Part shown: positions 1 through 10,265 of the stretch, in pieces | Layout: every line of letters starts with the position of its first letter | How positions within the stretch are numbered: position 1 is the first letter of the stretch | Source of the DNA: an uncultured Acidobacteriota bacterium | GTDB lineage: Bacteria > Acidobacteriota > Thermoanaerobaculia > Gp7-AA8 | DNA length: 64,000 nt | Assembly (NCBI GenBank): GCA_963822445.1 | Contig: CAWGHO010000002.1 | Span: 768,001-832,000, forward strand | Reading direction: 5' to 3' | Program-made: the position numbers and the translations under genes | The notes under the pieces: generated by a model | What the model saw: the letters and a program-made list of their open reading frames with translations, nothing else | Told to the model about the DNA's origin: nothing | Database searches by the model: none

Positions 1-500
1 GCCGGCGCCTCGAGGATCTCAAGCGCGACATTCTCTTCGTCCCCGAGAACAGCACCGTGGAGTCGCTGCTCTCCCAGTTCATCGAACACAAGACTCACAT
101 GGCCGTCGTGCTCGACGAATACGGCGGATCGTCGGGGATCGTGTCGCTGGAGAACATCACCGAGGAGCTGTTCGGGCAGATTCAGGACGAGTTCGATCGC
201 GAGCGCCCCGAGATCGAGCCGTTGGGCAACGGCCGCTATCGCGTTCGCGGCGACTATCTGATCGAGGATCTCGCCGACCGGTTGAAGATCGATCTCGGCG
301 ATCCCGAGGAAGAGACTGTCGGTGGATTCGTCGCGGCGCGTCTGGGCCGGGAAGTGACGCCCGGCGATCACGTGGACATGAGCGATCTGTCGATCACCGT
401 CCTCGAGGCCGAGCGGTTCCGCGTTCGCTGGGTGATGGTGCAGATCGCGATGCCGGATACGGAGATCGCGCCCGACGAGCCGGAGCGCGAGGCGGATTGA
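1..500 (+). CDS. Hemolysin/CorC-HlyC family CBS-domain protein, C-terminal part (5' end outside window)
   Basis: HMAVVLDEYGGSSGIVSLENITEELFGQIQDEFD CBS motif plus CorC_HlyC-like tail (ETVGGFV). Confidence 0.9.
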   Translation, partial: RRLEDLKRDILFVPENSTVESLLSQFIEHKTHMAVVLDEYGGSSGIVSLENITEELFGQIQDEFDRERPEIEPLGNGRYRVRGDYLIEDLADRLKIDLGDPEEETVGGFVAARLGREVTPGDHVDMSDLSITVLEAERFRVRWVMVQIAMPDTEIAPDEPEREAD

Positions 501-590
501 TTGGAGTGCGGCGGCTCTGCCGCCGCTTTCGCAGCGCGCGAGAGCGCGCCTCCGGCGGATAGAAAGCGGCGGCAGAGCCGCCGCACTCCA
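501..590. repeat. REP-like palindromic element, family 1, copy A
   Basis: TGGAGTGCGGCGGCTCTGCCGCCGCTTT ... AAAGCGGCGGCAGAGCCGCCGCACTCCA; second copy at 17190-17280 in opposite orientation. Confidence 0.9.
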
Positions 591-593
591 TCC

Positions 594-740
594 CTACTTC
601 CGGTCTTTCGATCGGGTGATGAGGCGCTGCACGAAGCTCCATGCGCGGGACATCACGCCGGGCTCCTCGTGGTGCACCGTGGCGCCGTGGCGCGCGTAGC
701 GGGACTCTTTCAAGATCCTGTCGGTTTCCTGGATTCGCAT
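594..740 (-). CDS. Small hypothetical protein, 48 aa (MRIQETDRILKESRYARHG...SKDRK)
   Basis: Translated by hand; AGGAGG Shine-Dalgarno 6 nt before ATG; fills the gap between the LOG gene and the REP; below the ORF-track cutoff. Confidence 0.6.
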   Translation of the reverse strand: MRIQETDRILKESRYARHGATVHHEEPGVMSRAWSFVQRLITRSKDRK

Positions 741-785
741 CGCTAACCTCCTGTCATCTCTTGGAGTTGCGAGGCGGGTGCCATG

Positions 786-1514
786 TTATTTTGCGTCAGC
801 AATCGCCTTCTCGTGGTACGCCACGACGATGTCACGAACCTGCTCCGGTTCATCGACCACGTGAATGCTGTCGACGTCTTCCTGGGAGATGTTGTTCGCG
901 CTCAGCACGCGCGCCCGCAGCCAGTCGATGAGCCCGGCCCAGTACTCGCTGCCGTACAGGATCACCGGAAAATCGGAGATCTTCTTGGTCTGGATGAGCA
1001 CCAGCGCACCGAACAGCTCGTCGAGCGTCCCGAAGCCTCCCGGAAAGGTGATGAAGGCCTCGGAGTACTTGATGAACATCGTCTTCCGCACGAAGAAGTA
1101 GCGGAAGACCATGCCCTTGTCGACGAAGGTGTTGAGCTCCTGCTCGAAGGGCAGCTCGATGTTGCAACCGATCGAAAGCGCGCCGCCCTGCTTCGCCCCT
1201 TTGTTGGCCGCCTCCATGATTCCCGGCCCGCCGCCGGTGATGATGCTGAAGCCCGCTTCGCCGAGGAGCTTTGCGGTGCGTACGGCGTCGTTGTAGTAGC
1301 GGTCGGAAAGCGCCGTCCGCGCCGAGCCGAAAATCGACACCGCCGGATAGACGTCGGCGAGGTGATCGAACCCGGAGACGAACTCGCTGGTGATCCGCAA
1401 CACGCGCCAGGAGTCGCTCTGCAGCGTCTCCGCGCGCGAAGGGCGATCGAGCAGCTTGCGATCCTCCAGCGCGGACTTGGGGGTGGGAGGGACGTGGTGG
1501 GTGGGGTCGGACAT
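786..1514 (-). CDS. LOG family (TIGR00730) Rossmann-fold nucleotide phosphoribohydrolase
   Basis: SIFGSAR, ITGGGPGIMEAAN and FPGGFGTLDELF motifs. Confidence 0.92.
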   Translation of the reverse strand: MSDPTHHVPPTPKSALEDRKLLDRPSRAETLQSDSWRVLRITSEFVSGFDHLADVYPAVSIFGSARTALSDRYYNDAVRTAKLLGEAGFSIITGGGPGIMEAANKGAKQGGALSIGCNIELPFEQELNTFVDKGMVFRYFFVRKTMFIKYSEAFITFPGGFGTLDELFGALVLIQTKKISDFPVILYGSEYWAGLIDWLRARVLSANNISQEDVDSIHVVDEPEQVRDIVVAYHEKAIADAK

Positions 1515-1521
1515 GCGTAAT

Positions 1522-1581
1522 GGTAGGCGGTAGGCGGTGTGCGGTAGGCGGGAGTTCGTTCCCCCGCCTACCGCCTACCGC
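1522..1581. repeat. Inverted heptamer tandem-repeat hairpin (GGTAGGC)n / (GCCTACC)n
   Basis: Directly visible; related to 49087-49159. Confidence 0.85.
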
Positions 1582-1606
1582 GAGGCGCCATGAGGCGCCG
1601 TACCGC

Positions 1607-2089
1607 CTACTGTCTCAGCCGAATCACCGCGGTCTCGATCAGCTTGTCCCCCGGCAGGCCTTCCTGCCAGGCAGTGGCCTTGATGCTGGCCGTTTCGCGC
1701 ATCGTTCCGAACGCGGTGCGCACGCGGAAGCGGATGCCCGAGCGCTCCTGCACCTGGATGTTGCCGAACGTGAAGCGATACATGTTCGAGCCCGGCGTGT
1801 GGATCACGTTGATCCCTTCGTCATTGGTCTGGTCCATGACGACCAGCTGCGGCGGGAGCTCGACTTCGAGCAACACGTTCTGGATGTTGTTCACGCCGAC
1901 GTTGCTCACGTTGATGTCCAAGTTGTCGACACCAGCCTCGGGCAGGTCATCCGGGTGCTCGATGTTCAGCTTCAGGATCTGGCCGCGCGAGGTCACGGCC
2001 ATGCCGTTGCTCTTGCACGCGGTCGTCGCCATCAGGGTGACCGCGAGGAGCGCAATCACTGCAATGGACAGAAGTTGTCTGCGTCTCAT
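1607..2089 (-). CDS. Putative lipoprotein with Ig-like/DUF11-like beta domain
   Basis: Own RBS (AAAGGAG) and ATG at 2089; signal peptide MRRRQLLSIAVIALLAVTLMATTA-C; fused to the upstream gene in the ORF track. Confidence 0.7.
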   Translation of the reverse strand: MRRRQLLSIAVIALLAVTLMATTACKSNGMAVTSRGQILKLNIEHPDDLPEAGVDNLDINVSNVGVNNIQNVLLEVELPPQLVVMDQTNDEGINVIHTPGSNMYRFTFGNIQVQERSGIRFRVRTAFGTMRETASIKATAWQEGLPGDKLIETAVIRLRQ

Positions 2090-2133
2090 AAATCTCCTTT
2101 CGGAGAAGTTATTTGCAAACACGGAGCCCGCGG

Positions 2134-3796
2134 TCAGGGGACGTCGACGCGGGTACAGGTCCTCGCCGGAAATCTTGATATGGCGGGACTTACCGTTCAC
2201 GACGTCGAGGAACTGCACCCACTCCGGGCAGTGTTCGGGATCGGCGATGCGGAACGTGTTCGCGTCCACCGGCCTCAGCGGCGCGACGCCATCCAGCCAG
2301 AGCTGGCCCTGCCTGGCGACGACGCGCGTCGAGCCCACCCAGGCGCTCTCGCCGCGGTAGTGGCCGACGAAGGCGTTCCAAGCCGCGGGAACGGTGAAGG
2401 TCTTCTCGCCGGCGTACTGCTCGCCCATCCAGATCCGTCCTCCGTGCGCGACTGTTTTCGCCTTCGCGTCGAAGAGGAACGGGAACAGCTCGAGCTCCGG
2501 TGTGCGCACGATGGCCTGGCCGCGCGGAAACTCCACGCGATGCCGCTTGCCGCCGCGAATCAGCATCAGACCTTCGCCGTCGACCACGAATTCGAGCTTG
2601 TCGCCGTCGGGCGAGGTGTAGATGCCGGCCAGGTCCTTCGCATTCGGCGCTGTCATCGGATCGGCTGATGCGGGCACATCGGGCATCGGCTTGCCCGCGT
2701 TTGCGGCGCGGATCGCGCGAACCGCGTACGTCGTCACGGGATTGGGGCGATATCCGAGCTGCGCGTTGATCGACGCGAACGCGCCGATGCCGTCATCGAG
2801 ATCGATGTGCGTCGCCGACATGAACGAGACCATGCCGCCCGTGTGGCGGATCATCCGGTGCTCGTCGAGCTTTCCGGTGAACCATCCGTAGCCGTACGAC
2901 TCGTCGTTGTCACCGGTCGGGACGTAACCGGTGACCCATTCGTCGAAGGTCTTCTCGGCGAGAAGACCCTTGCCGCGATTGGCGATCATCTTCAGATACA
3001 AACCCATGTCCGCCGGCGTCGAAGAGATGCTTCCCGCGGCGTTGTCCATGATGATCTGCGGTGCGTCGGCCAGCCGCCCCACGCGCGGATGCGGGCGATC
3101 GGAGAGGAACGGGAGATAGCTGTTCGCCGTGCGGGGGCGGGTGTCGTGGCCGATGTAGGCGATGCTCGACTTCATGGCCAGAGGCTCGAAGATGCGCGCG
3201 CGGATGGCGTCGGGATACGGCCGGCCGTCGAGCGTCTCGATCAGGTAGCCGAGCATGTGATAGCCGACGTTGCAGTACCAGAAATGCGCGCCCGGCGTGA
3301 ATCCCGCCGTGTGCTTGCCGTTGGGATCCGTCGGGAAAACGGGCGCCCAGCTCGGAAGTCCGGACGAGTGCGTGAGCAGATGGTGGGTGGTGATGACCTC
3401 GCGCGGCTCGACGCGAAGCCACGGCAGATACTTCGTCACCGGCGCGTGCAGATCGATCTTCCCTTCATCGCGCAGTAGCAGCAGCGCCGCGGCGGTGAAG
3501 GATTTGCTGATCGACCCGATCTGGAAAAGATGATCGGGCCGCACCGGCTCTTTGCGTTCGAGATCGCTCAGTCCATACGTGGCCACGCGCAGCACCGCAC
3601 CACGATCGGCGATGGCCAGCGTGAGGCCCGGCGCGTCCATCGATCGCATGTAACGCTCGACCATCGCGTCGATGGCTTTGAAGGCGGCCGCGTACTTCGG
3701 CGCGTCGGCGGCGAAGACCGTATCGGTGACCACGAAGCGCAGCGCGGTCGCGGCCGCGGCGCTGTTGATCAACAACTCTCTTCTGGTGAGCGTCAT
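2134..3796 (-). CDS. Tat-exported serine hydrolase (beta-lactamase class C/AmpC-like); probable 1-nt frameshift near the 3' end
   Basis: TRRELL Tat motif, GSISKSF (SxxK), YCN, HTGG; removing one C near 2151 gives the ending LYRVDVP-stop at 2134. Confidence 0.85.
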
Positions 3797-3819
3797 AGTT
3801 GCATATCGTACGAGAACGA

Positions 3820-4761
3820 ATGGCTTACTACATCGGCGTTGACGGCGGCGCCTCCAAAACCGCCGCGATCGTCGTCGACGAAAACGATAGGAAACTCGGA
3901 AGCGGTCTGGCCGGCGCGTCGAACCATCTCCGCGTCGGCATCGAAGAAGCGACCCGCAACATCGAACGAGCCGTGAACACGGCCCTCGTCGAAGCAGGCA
4001 TCGCCATCCGCGACGTCGAGTACGCGTACTGCGGCATCGCCGGCTCCGACCATCCCGCGCATCGGCAGAAGGTGATCGACGCGCTGAAGGTCTTCCTCCC
4101 CCGCGGCAACTTCATCGTCGACACTGACGCGCGCGTCGCCCTCACCGGCGCCATCGGCTTCGGCGCGGGCGTGGTGATCATCTCCGGCACGGGCTCCGTC
4201 GCCTTTGGCCGGAACACCAGCGGCGACGAAGCCCGCGCCGGCGGCTGGGGCCCGACCCTCGGCGACGAAGGCAGCGGCTACTGGATCGCCCGCGAAGGTC
4301 TGTCGGCCGTCGTGCGCGCGCACGACGCGCGCGGCTTCCACACGTTGATGACGGACCTGATCTGCGAGGAATACGGCATGTGCAATGCCGAGGAGCTGCC
4401 GAAGTTCGTTTATGCGACGACGACGCATGCGGACGACATTGCGAAGTACGGGAAGGTCGTGATCGAGGCCGCGCAGGCCGACGATGACGTGGCCAGGGAC
4501 ATCCTCGCCCGCGGAGGCGCGGAGCTCGTCGAATGCGTGCTCGCCGTTGCGCGCAAGCTGCACATGACCGATGACGAGTTCCCCGTCGCGTACGTCGGCG
4601 GCGCGTTCCATGCCGGCGAGCTCCTTCTGAGCCCGATGCGCCTGCGCCTACAGCGCGACGCGCCCGGGGCCACGCTCATTCCGCCGCATCGGCCTCCGGT
4701 GGAGGGGGCGGCGATGATGGCCATGCACGCCGCAGCGCAGCCGAGACCCGGTCGCGAGTAG
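3820..4761 (+). CDS. BadF/BadG/BcrA/BcrD ATPase family, N-acetylglucosamine kinase-like
   Basis: IGVDGGASKT, ISGTGS, GGWGPTLGDEGSGYWI. Confidence 0.9.
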   Translation: MAYYIGVDGGASKTAAIVVDENDRKLGSGLAGASNHLRVGIEEATRNIERAVNTALVEAGIAIRDVEYAYCGIAGSDHPAHRQKVIDALKVFLPRGNFIVDTDARVALTGAIGFGAGVVIISGTGSVAFGRNTSGDEARAGGWGPTLGDEGSGYWIAREGLSAVVRAHDARGFHTLMTDLICEEYGMCNAEELPKFVYATTTHADDIAKYGKVVIEAAQADDDVARDILARGGAELVECVLAVARKLHMTDDEFPVAYVGGAFHAGELLLSPMRLRLQRDAPGATLIPPHRPPVEGAAMMAMHAAAQPRPGRE

Positions 4762-5754
4762 ATGCTCGACTTCCTCGCGCGCGCGATCGACCTCGATCTG
4801 CTGCTGATCCTTTTCGCGCTGCTGGTGACTGTCGAGATTCTTCGCGCGTCCGGCTGGCTCGATCTGATCGTGAAGCTGGTCGTGACGCGCTTCCGCACCA
4901 CGCGCGGGTTCGCCATCGGCATGATCGCGTTCAGCGGACTGCTCGCGGCGCTGGTCACGAACGACGTGACGCTGTTCGTGGTGATCCCCTTCACCGTGAT
5001 CGCCAGCCGCTTCTCCGATTTCGACGTCGAGGACGCGGTGGTCCTGGAGATCATCGCCTCGAACCTGATCGGCTGCCTCACACCCCTCGGCAATCCGCAG
5101 AACCTCTTTCTCTTTCATCGCAGCGGATGGAGTGCGGCGCAGTTCGTGATGACGATGCTGCCGTTCGTGGCCTGGTGCGCGGTCGGCTTGCTAGTGGCCG
5201 CGTTCTTTCTCGGCAAGTCGCGTCCGATGAAAGTGAACGAAGTCGAGCTGCCTCCGCGCAATGGTTACGCGGGTCTCGCCGGGGCGATCTGCTTCGCGCT
5301 GGTGTTGCTCGAAGTCGCACGAGTGCTCACCGCCTGGCCGGCTGCGATCGCGGCACTGATCGCGGGTGTGTTTTTTCTGCGCAAACGGATGCTGAAGACG
5401 GATCTGTCGATCATTCCCATGTTCTTCGTGGCCTTCATCGTCGTCGAAGGATTGCGCTCGCTCGAGCTGCCGCGACCGGATGTCTACTTCACGTCGATCG
5501 CGCTGTCGCAGGTGATCTCGAACGTTCCCGCGGCGGTGCTACTCGCGCCGTTCACGAACGGCGAATGGCGCGAGCTGCTGTATGGCGTAAGCGCCGGCGG
5601 CTGCGGCACGATCATCGCCTCCCTGGCCAACCTTCTCGGCTGGCGCATCTACGTCCGCGAATCGAACCGCGATCCCCGCTTCTTCCGCCGCCTCACCGCG
5701 ATCAACTTCGCGTTTCTCGGGTGGGCGGCGGTTGGGGGATGGGCGCTCATCTGA
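4762..5754 (+). CDS. SLC13/ArsB-NhaD (YbiR-like) anion permease
   Basis: Multi-TM; LVTND, TPLGNPQN, SQVISNVPA, SLANL motifs. Confidence 0.85.
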   Translation: MLDFLARAIDLDLLLILFALLVTVEILRASGWLDLIVKLVVTRFRTTRGFAIGMIAFSGLLAALVTNDVTLFVVIPFTVIASRFSDFDVEDAVVLEIIASNLIGCLTPLGNPQNLFLFHRSGWSAAQFVMTMLPFVAWCAVGLLVAAFFLGKSRPMKVNEVELPPRNGYAGLAGAICFALVLLEVARVLTAWPAAIAALIAGVFFLRKRMLKTDLSIIPMFFVAFIVVEGLRSLELPRPDVYFTSIALSQVISNVPAAVLLAPFTNGEWRELLYGVSAGGCGTIIASLANLLGWRIYVRESNRDPRFFRRLTAINFAFLGWAAVGGWALI

Positions 5755-7399
5755 CGGCGAGCGACTTGTCCCTCACCGCCCGGAACTCCTCTCCTTCGAA
5801 CCAGTTCGGCATCTCCGCGGCGTTCGCCGCTTCGAGGCCGAGCCAGTACGCGAGCTGGCCCATCTGCACGGCGGCGCTGAAATCCCAGGCCGGGTCGAAT
5901 TCGTCGCTGGCCTGGTGATAGTGCTTGTCGCGGTACTCCTTCACCTTCGCGCGGCCCCACTCCGGCGGCTTGCCCCGGACCTCCGAGCCCTGCTTGATCG
6001 ACAGCGCGGGGACGCCGACCTTGGCCATGCTGAAGTGATCGGAGCGGTAGTACGAGCCCTGCTCCGGCGCCTGGTCGGGAACGATGGTCAGGCCCATGGC
6101 CTTGGTCACCTTCTGCGCGGACGGGAAGAAGGTCATGCGATCGACGCCGATCATGGTCACGTTCTCGACCTGCCCGAAGAGATAGAGCGCGTCGAGATTC
6201 AGATTCAGGGCGATGCGCCCCGCCGGGATGGCTGGTTTCTGGCCGAAGTACTCCGAGCCGAGAAGGCCCTGCTCTTCCGCGGCGACGAGGGCGAAGAGGA
6301 TGCTGCGTTTCGGCCGCGGATTGGCCTTGCTCCAGACGCGGGCGATCTCCAGCACCGTGCCGACGCCGCTGGCGTTGTCAATGGCGCCGTTGTAGATCGA
6401 GTCGCTGGGATCCTTCGTGTCGGGCATGCCCACGCCGATGTGATCGTGATGCGCGGTGTACAGCACGGCTTCGTCCTTCAGCTTCGGATCGCTGCCTTCG
6501 ATCTTCGCTACGACGTTCGCCGTATCGAACGGACGGATCGTGCTCTCGATGTGGGCGTTGAGCTTCACCCCGAGCGGCACCGGCTTGAAGTCGCGCGAGG
6601 CCGCCGCTTTGGTCAGCGTGGCCAGATCGAGACCGGCGCTCTTGAACAATTCCTGCGCGGACTTTTCGGTAATCCAACCCGCGAAATCGAGGGCGTGCTC
6701 GCCGGGCTGATTGCGGACATAAGCCTGCTCGCCGCCCCAGGAGTTGCGCACGACCGCCCAGCCGTAACCCGCCGCGGCGTCGGTGTGGATCAGCATCACC
6801 GCGGCGGCGCCCTTCGTTGCGCCGATCTCGTACTTGTACGTCCACCGGCCGTAATACGTGCGCGCGCGGCCGCGGAAAAGATCGGGCTCGCGCTCATTCG
6901 CCGGCGGATCGTCGACCAGCATCACCAGCGTCTTGCCGCGCGTGTCGATGCCCTTGTAGTCGTCCCATTTGTATTCGGGCGCGACCACGCCGTGACCGAC
7001 GAAGATCACGTCGGAGTCGATCTCCGTCGATTCGACCTGGCTCTGATTGCCGCCCGCGAATTCATCGCGATACTTCAGCGGGCCGAGGACGGCCGCGCCG
7101 TTCTTCGTGAAGGCCAGGCGGGACTTGTCGCCCTCGGTAGTGAGGCCGAGCAGCGAGACTTTCTGAAAGTACGTGCCGTCGTCGCCGGCCGGCTGGATGC
7201 CCATGGCCTCGAACTGCGTGGCGATGTAGCTGGCGGTCAGCGCGTCGCCGCGCGTGCCCGGGCCGCGTCCTTCGAGAAGGTCGCTGGAGAGGAACTTCAC
7301 GTGCGCGCGGATCGCGTCGGCGCGGAAGTCATCGAGCGCCGCGGGGGTCTGCGCGAGTGTCGGAAGAGCGAGGAGAGCCAAAGCCAGGAGTCTCGACAT
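5747..7399 (-). CDS. M28 family metallopeptidase with PA domain
   Basis: Signal peptide; AHHDH, NGAIDNASG, AEEQGLLGS, RSDHF, HYHQASD. Confidence 0.92.
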   Translation of the reverse strand: MSRLLALALLALPTLAQTPAALDDFRADAIRAHVKFLSSDLLEGRGPGTRGDALTASYIATQFEAMGIQPAGDDGTYFQKVSLLGLTTEGDKSRLAFTKNGAAVLGPLKYRDEFAGGNQSQVESTEIDSDVIFVGHGVVAPEYKWDDYKGIDTRGKTLVMLVDDPPANEREPDLFRGRARTYYGRWTYKYEIGATKGAAAVMLIHTDAAAGYGWAVVRNSWGGEQAYVRNQPGEHALDFAGWITEKSAQELFKSAGLDLATLTKAAASRDFKPVPLGVKLNAHIESTIRPFDTANVVAKIEGSDPKLKDEAVLYTAHHDHIGVGMPDTKDPSDSIYNGAIDNASGVGTVLEIARVWSKANPRPKRSILFALVAAEEQGLLGSEYFGQKPAIPAGRIALNLNLDALYLFGQVENVTMIGVDRMTFFPSAQKVTKAMGLTIVPDQAPEQGSYYRSDHFSMAKVGVPALSIKQGSEVRGKPPEWGRAKVKEYRDKHYHQASDEFDPAWDFSAAVQMGQLAYWLGLEAANAAEMPNWFEGEEFRAVRDKSLAVR

Positions 7400-7422
7400 A
7401 GGTGGGAGAATGAACACGCGCC

Positions 7423-8031
7423 ATGGGAAATGAAGTCCTCACTCGCGTCGAGATCGGCGGCGAGCACGCCGAGGCCAGGGCCTTGCTCGAGACCGATGAG
7501 GTCATCGTGCGCGGCGCGCTGAAGGCGAAGATCCCCTTCAAGGAGATGAAGGACGTGCGCGCTGAGAACGGCGTCCTCTCCCTGCGCTGGAAGGATCGCG
7601 ACGTGCGCATTCACGTCGGGCGGGACGCGGCGAAGTGGGCGGAGAAGATCCGCAATCCGAAAAGCGTGCTCGACAAGCTCGGCGTGAAGTCCGGGCAGAA
7701 GGTCTCGATCATCGGCGAGGTCGACGGCGCGTTCACCGAACAGCTCGAGGCCCGTGTGGCCGAGGTCTCGCTGAAGGCGCGGCCGGAGCGGGATCTGATT
7801 TTCTTCGCCGCGAACCGCCGCGAGGACCTGGGCCGTCTCGAGGAGCTCCGCCGTGCGCTTCAGCCCGCCGGCGCGATCTGGGTCCTGCGCCCGAAAGGCC
7901 ATCCTGCCATCAGCGAGAGCGACGTCATGGCCGCCGGCAAGGCCGCGGGGCTGGTGGACGTGAAAGTCGTCCGCTTCTCGGAGACCCACACCGCGGAAAA
8001 GCTGGTCATACCCACCGCCAAAAGGGCGTAA
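7423..8031 (+). CDS. DUF3052-like protein with an extra N-terminal domain
   Basis: LDKLGVK, GAIWVLRPKG, AGLVDVKV pattern. Confidence 0.7.
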   Translation: MGNEVLTRVEIGGEHAEARALLETDEVIVRGALKAKIPFKEMKDVRAENGVLSLRWKDRDVRIHVGRDAAKWAEKIRNPKSVLDKLGVKSGQKVSIIGEVDGAFTEQLEARVAEVSLKARPERDLIFFAANRREDLGRLEELRRALQPAGAIWVLRPKGHPAISESDVMAAGKAAGLVDVKVVRFSETHTAEKLVIPTAKRA

Positions 8032-8104
8032 CTGAATCGTCACAGAAATATCTACGTGGGGGAGGGTAGGGATTTCGTGCCTTAAATCACTCCTGAGTAG
8101 AGTG

Positions 8105-8329
8105 ATGAATAAAGCACCAATCGAGTTCGACGCCGTAAACGCCGTATACCTTCCGATGTCCGAGCGGGTCCTCGACAAACTCGCGGACATCCTGCTCGCC
8201 ACCGACGAGATCCTCGACATGATCCGCGTCGAAGAACGCCTCTTCGACCCGACCTCCGTCACCGTCGAGACGTCCGTGCAGAAGGTGTATGACGAAGTCA
8301 ATGAGCTGATGAAGAAGCTTGTTGATTAG
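8105..8329 (+). CDS. Small acidic hypothetical protein
   Basis: 74-aa ORF with GC-rich third positions occupying an intergenic gap. Confidence 0.6.
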   Translation: MNKAPIEFDAVNAVYLPMSERVLDKLADILLATDEILDMIRVEERLFDPTSVTVETSVQKVYDEVNELMKKLVD

Positions 8330-8343
8330 CGCGGTGCCCGCGC

Positions 8344-8443
8344 GTTTCGGGGTTACGAGGTTTCGGGGTTACGAGGTCCGCCCGACCCTGCCACGACCCT
8401 TCATAGCTCCCTCGTAACCCCGTAACCCCGCAACCCCGTAACC
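8344..8443. repeat. Inverted octamer tandem-repeat hairpin (GGGGTTAC/GAGGTTTC type)
   Basis: Directly visible; same unit at 36126-36234 and 37831-37912. Confidence 0.85.
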
Positions 8444-8450
8444 AACGAAC

Positions 8451-8492
8451 TTGACAAACCTAACGCCGCAACCTAACTTAACGTTGTTAAGT
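8451..8492 (+). promoter_or_regulatory. Sigma70 promoter with an overlapping palindromic operator, probably TetR autoregulation
   Basis: TTGACA (8451-8456), 17 nt, TAACTT (8474-8479); inverted repeat ACTTAAC-gtt-GTTAAGT at 8476-8492. Confidence 0.75.
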
Positions 8493-8510
8493 AAAGGAGC
8501 CGCGTTACAC

Positions 8511-9131
8511 ATGGGCCCATCCGAACGTCGAGCGCGAGAGCGCGAGGAAATCCGCACTTTGATCCTGGACGCTGCACGCGAGCTCTTCGCTGCGGAGGGG
8601 GTTGAGGCCGTCACCATGCGGCGGATTGCGGAGAAGATCGAGTACTCCCCCACCGCGATCTACTTCCATTTCAAAGATAAAGACGCGCTGCTGCGCGAGC
8701 TGTGCGACTGTGATTTTCGCGACTTCGCCCAGGGCTTTGCGGTCATGGCCGAGATCGCCGATCCCGTCGAGCGGCTCCGTCAGAGCGGGTACGCCTACAT
8801 CGACTTCGGGATGAAGAACCCCAGCCACTACCGGCTGATGTTCATGACCCCGAAGAATCTCACCGCCAAGGACAGCGCTCTGGCCCACGGCGATCCGACC
8901 GAGGATGCGTATGCGTTTCTGAAGAGCATCGTCGCGGAGATCATGGCCGCCGGCCGTTTTCGCGACGAGCACACCGACGTCGACCTTCTCTCGCAGGTGA
9001 TCTGGTCCGGCGTGCACGGCGTGGTCTCGCTGGAGATCGCCAAGTGCCATGACGACTGGGTGGAATGGTGGCCCATGGCCGACCGCGCGCGGACGATGAT
9101 CGACATGATCATCAACGGCCTGACGAGGTAA
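8511..9131 (+). CDS. TetR/AcrR family regulator
   Basis: ILDAARELF...TMRRIAEKIEYSPTAIYFHFKDK HTH; AAAGGAG upstream. Confidence 0.93.
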   Translation: MGPSERRAREREEIRTLILDAARELFAAEGVEAVTMRRIAEKIEYSPTAIYFHFKDKDALLRELCDCDFRDFAQGFAVMAEIADPVERLRQSGYAYIDFGMKNPSHYRLMFMTPKNLTAKDSALAHGDPTEDAYAFLKSIVAEIMAAGRFRDEHTDVDLLSQVIWSGVHGVVSLEIAKCHDDWVEWWPMADRARTMIDMIINGLTR

Positions 9132-9134
9132 GCG

Positions 9135-10265
9135 ATGGCCGTCGATCTCGCAACCAAGTCCCTCCTTCACGACAAGCTTCGCTTCTTCATCACCGTGTCC
9201 GGCGTCGCCTTCGCCGTCACGCTCGTCTTCGTCCAGGTCGGTCTCTTTCTCGGCCTGATGTCCAACGCCTCCCTGACCATCGATCAGATCGACGCCGATC
9301 TCTGGGTGACCTCGCACAACACGCCGAACGTCGATTTCGCCCACACCTTCCCCGAGACGTACATCAAGCGCGTTCGCTCGATCGACGGCGTGTCCCGCGC
9401 GGACAACCTGATCGTCTGGTTCATGAACGTGAACCTGCCGTCGGGTGCGGTCGAGGGCACCGAGGTTTACGCGCTCGAGAACTACGCGGACTGGAACTTT
9501 CCGCAGGGAGTCGCCGAAGGAAACCTCGCCGATCTGCGCCGCGGCCCGTACATGTTTCTCGATGACTCGGCGAAGAAGCGCTGGGGCGGATTCGAAGTCG
9601 GCGACTACCGCGAGGTCCTCGGCCGCCGGCTGAAGATCATCGGCCGCACTGTCGACGCGAAGTCGTTCACCACGACTCCGCTCACGTTCATGGATTACCG
9701 CCTCGCGCAGAGCCTCAACGAGAGCGACCTGCGCGGCAACACGACGTACATCCTGGTGAAGCTCGCGCCCGGCGCGAATGCCGAGGAGATCCGCGCGGAG
9801 ATCCAGCGCCGTCTTCCGTACAACGACGTGTTCACGAAGGACGAATGGGCGAAGCGCTCCCGCACCTACTGGATCGACTCGACCGGCCTCGGGCTGAACA
9901 TGTACATCACCGTCTTCCTCGGATGCCTGGTCGGGATCGTCGTCGTCGCGCAGACGCTCTACACCTCGACCATGGAGCACATCCGCGAGTTCGGCACGGT
10001 CAAGGCCATCGGCGGCGGCAACGGCGAGATTTACAAGATCCTCGGCAAGCAGGCCACCATCGCCGCGATTGCCGGCTTCGCCCTCGGCGCACTGCAGGCC
10101 TTCGCCCTGCGGCCGGTGATGAAGAACATCGACCTGAAACTGATCATCCCGATGGAGCTGTACGTGATCGTGCTGTTCGGCGCGATCGCGCTCTGCCTCA
10201 GCGCGGCGGTCATCTCCTTCCGCAAAGTCGCGTCGATCGATCCGGCGCTGGTATTCAGAACATGA
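9135..10265 (+). CDS. ABC exporter permease (DevC/FtsX-MacB type)
   Basis: N-terminal TM, periplasmic domain, EFGTVKAIG, ending IDPALVF. Confidence 0.9.
   Translation: MAVDLATKSLLHDKLRFFITVSGVAFAVTLVFVQVGLFLGLMSNASLTIDQIDADLWVTSHNTPNVDFAHTFPETYIKRVRSIDGVSRADNLIVWFMNVNLPSGAVEGTEVYALENYADWNFPQGVAEGNLADLRRGPYMFLDDSAKKRWGGFEVGDYREVLGRRLKIIGRTVDAKSFTTTPLTFMDYRLAQSLNESDLRGNTTYILVKLAPGANAEEIRAEIQRRLPYNDVFTKDEWAKRSRTYWIDSTGLGLNMYITVFLGCLVGIVVVAQTLYTSTMEHIREFGTVKAIGGGNGEIYKILGKQATIAAIAGFALGALQAFALRPVMKNIDLKLIIPMELYVIVLFGAIALCLSAAVISFRKVASIDPALVFRT

Noticed and set aside
368-931. Short ORFs containing MECGGSAAA (also 16961-17386)
   Set aside because: They are translations of the REP palindrome.
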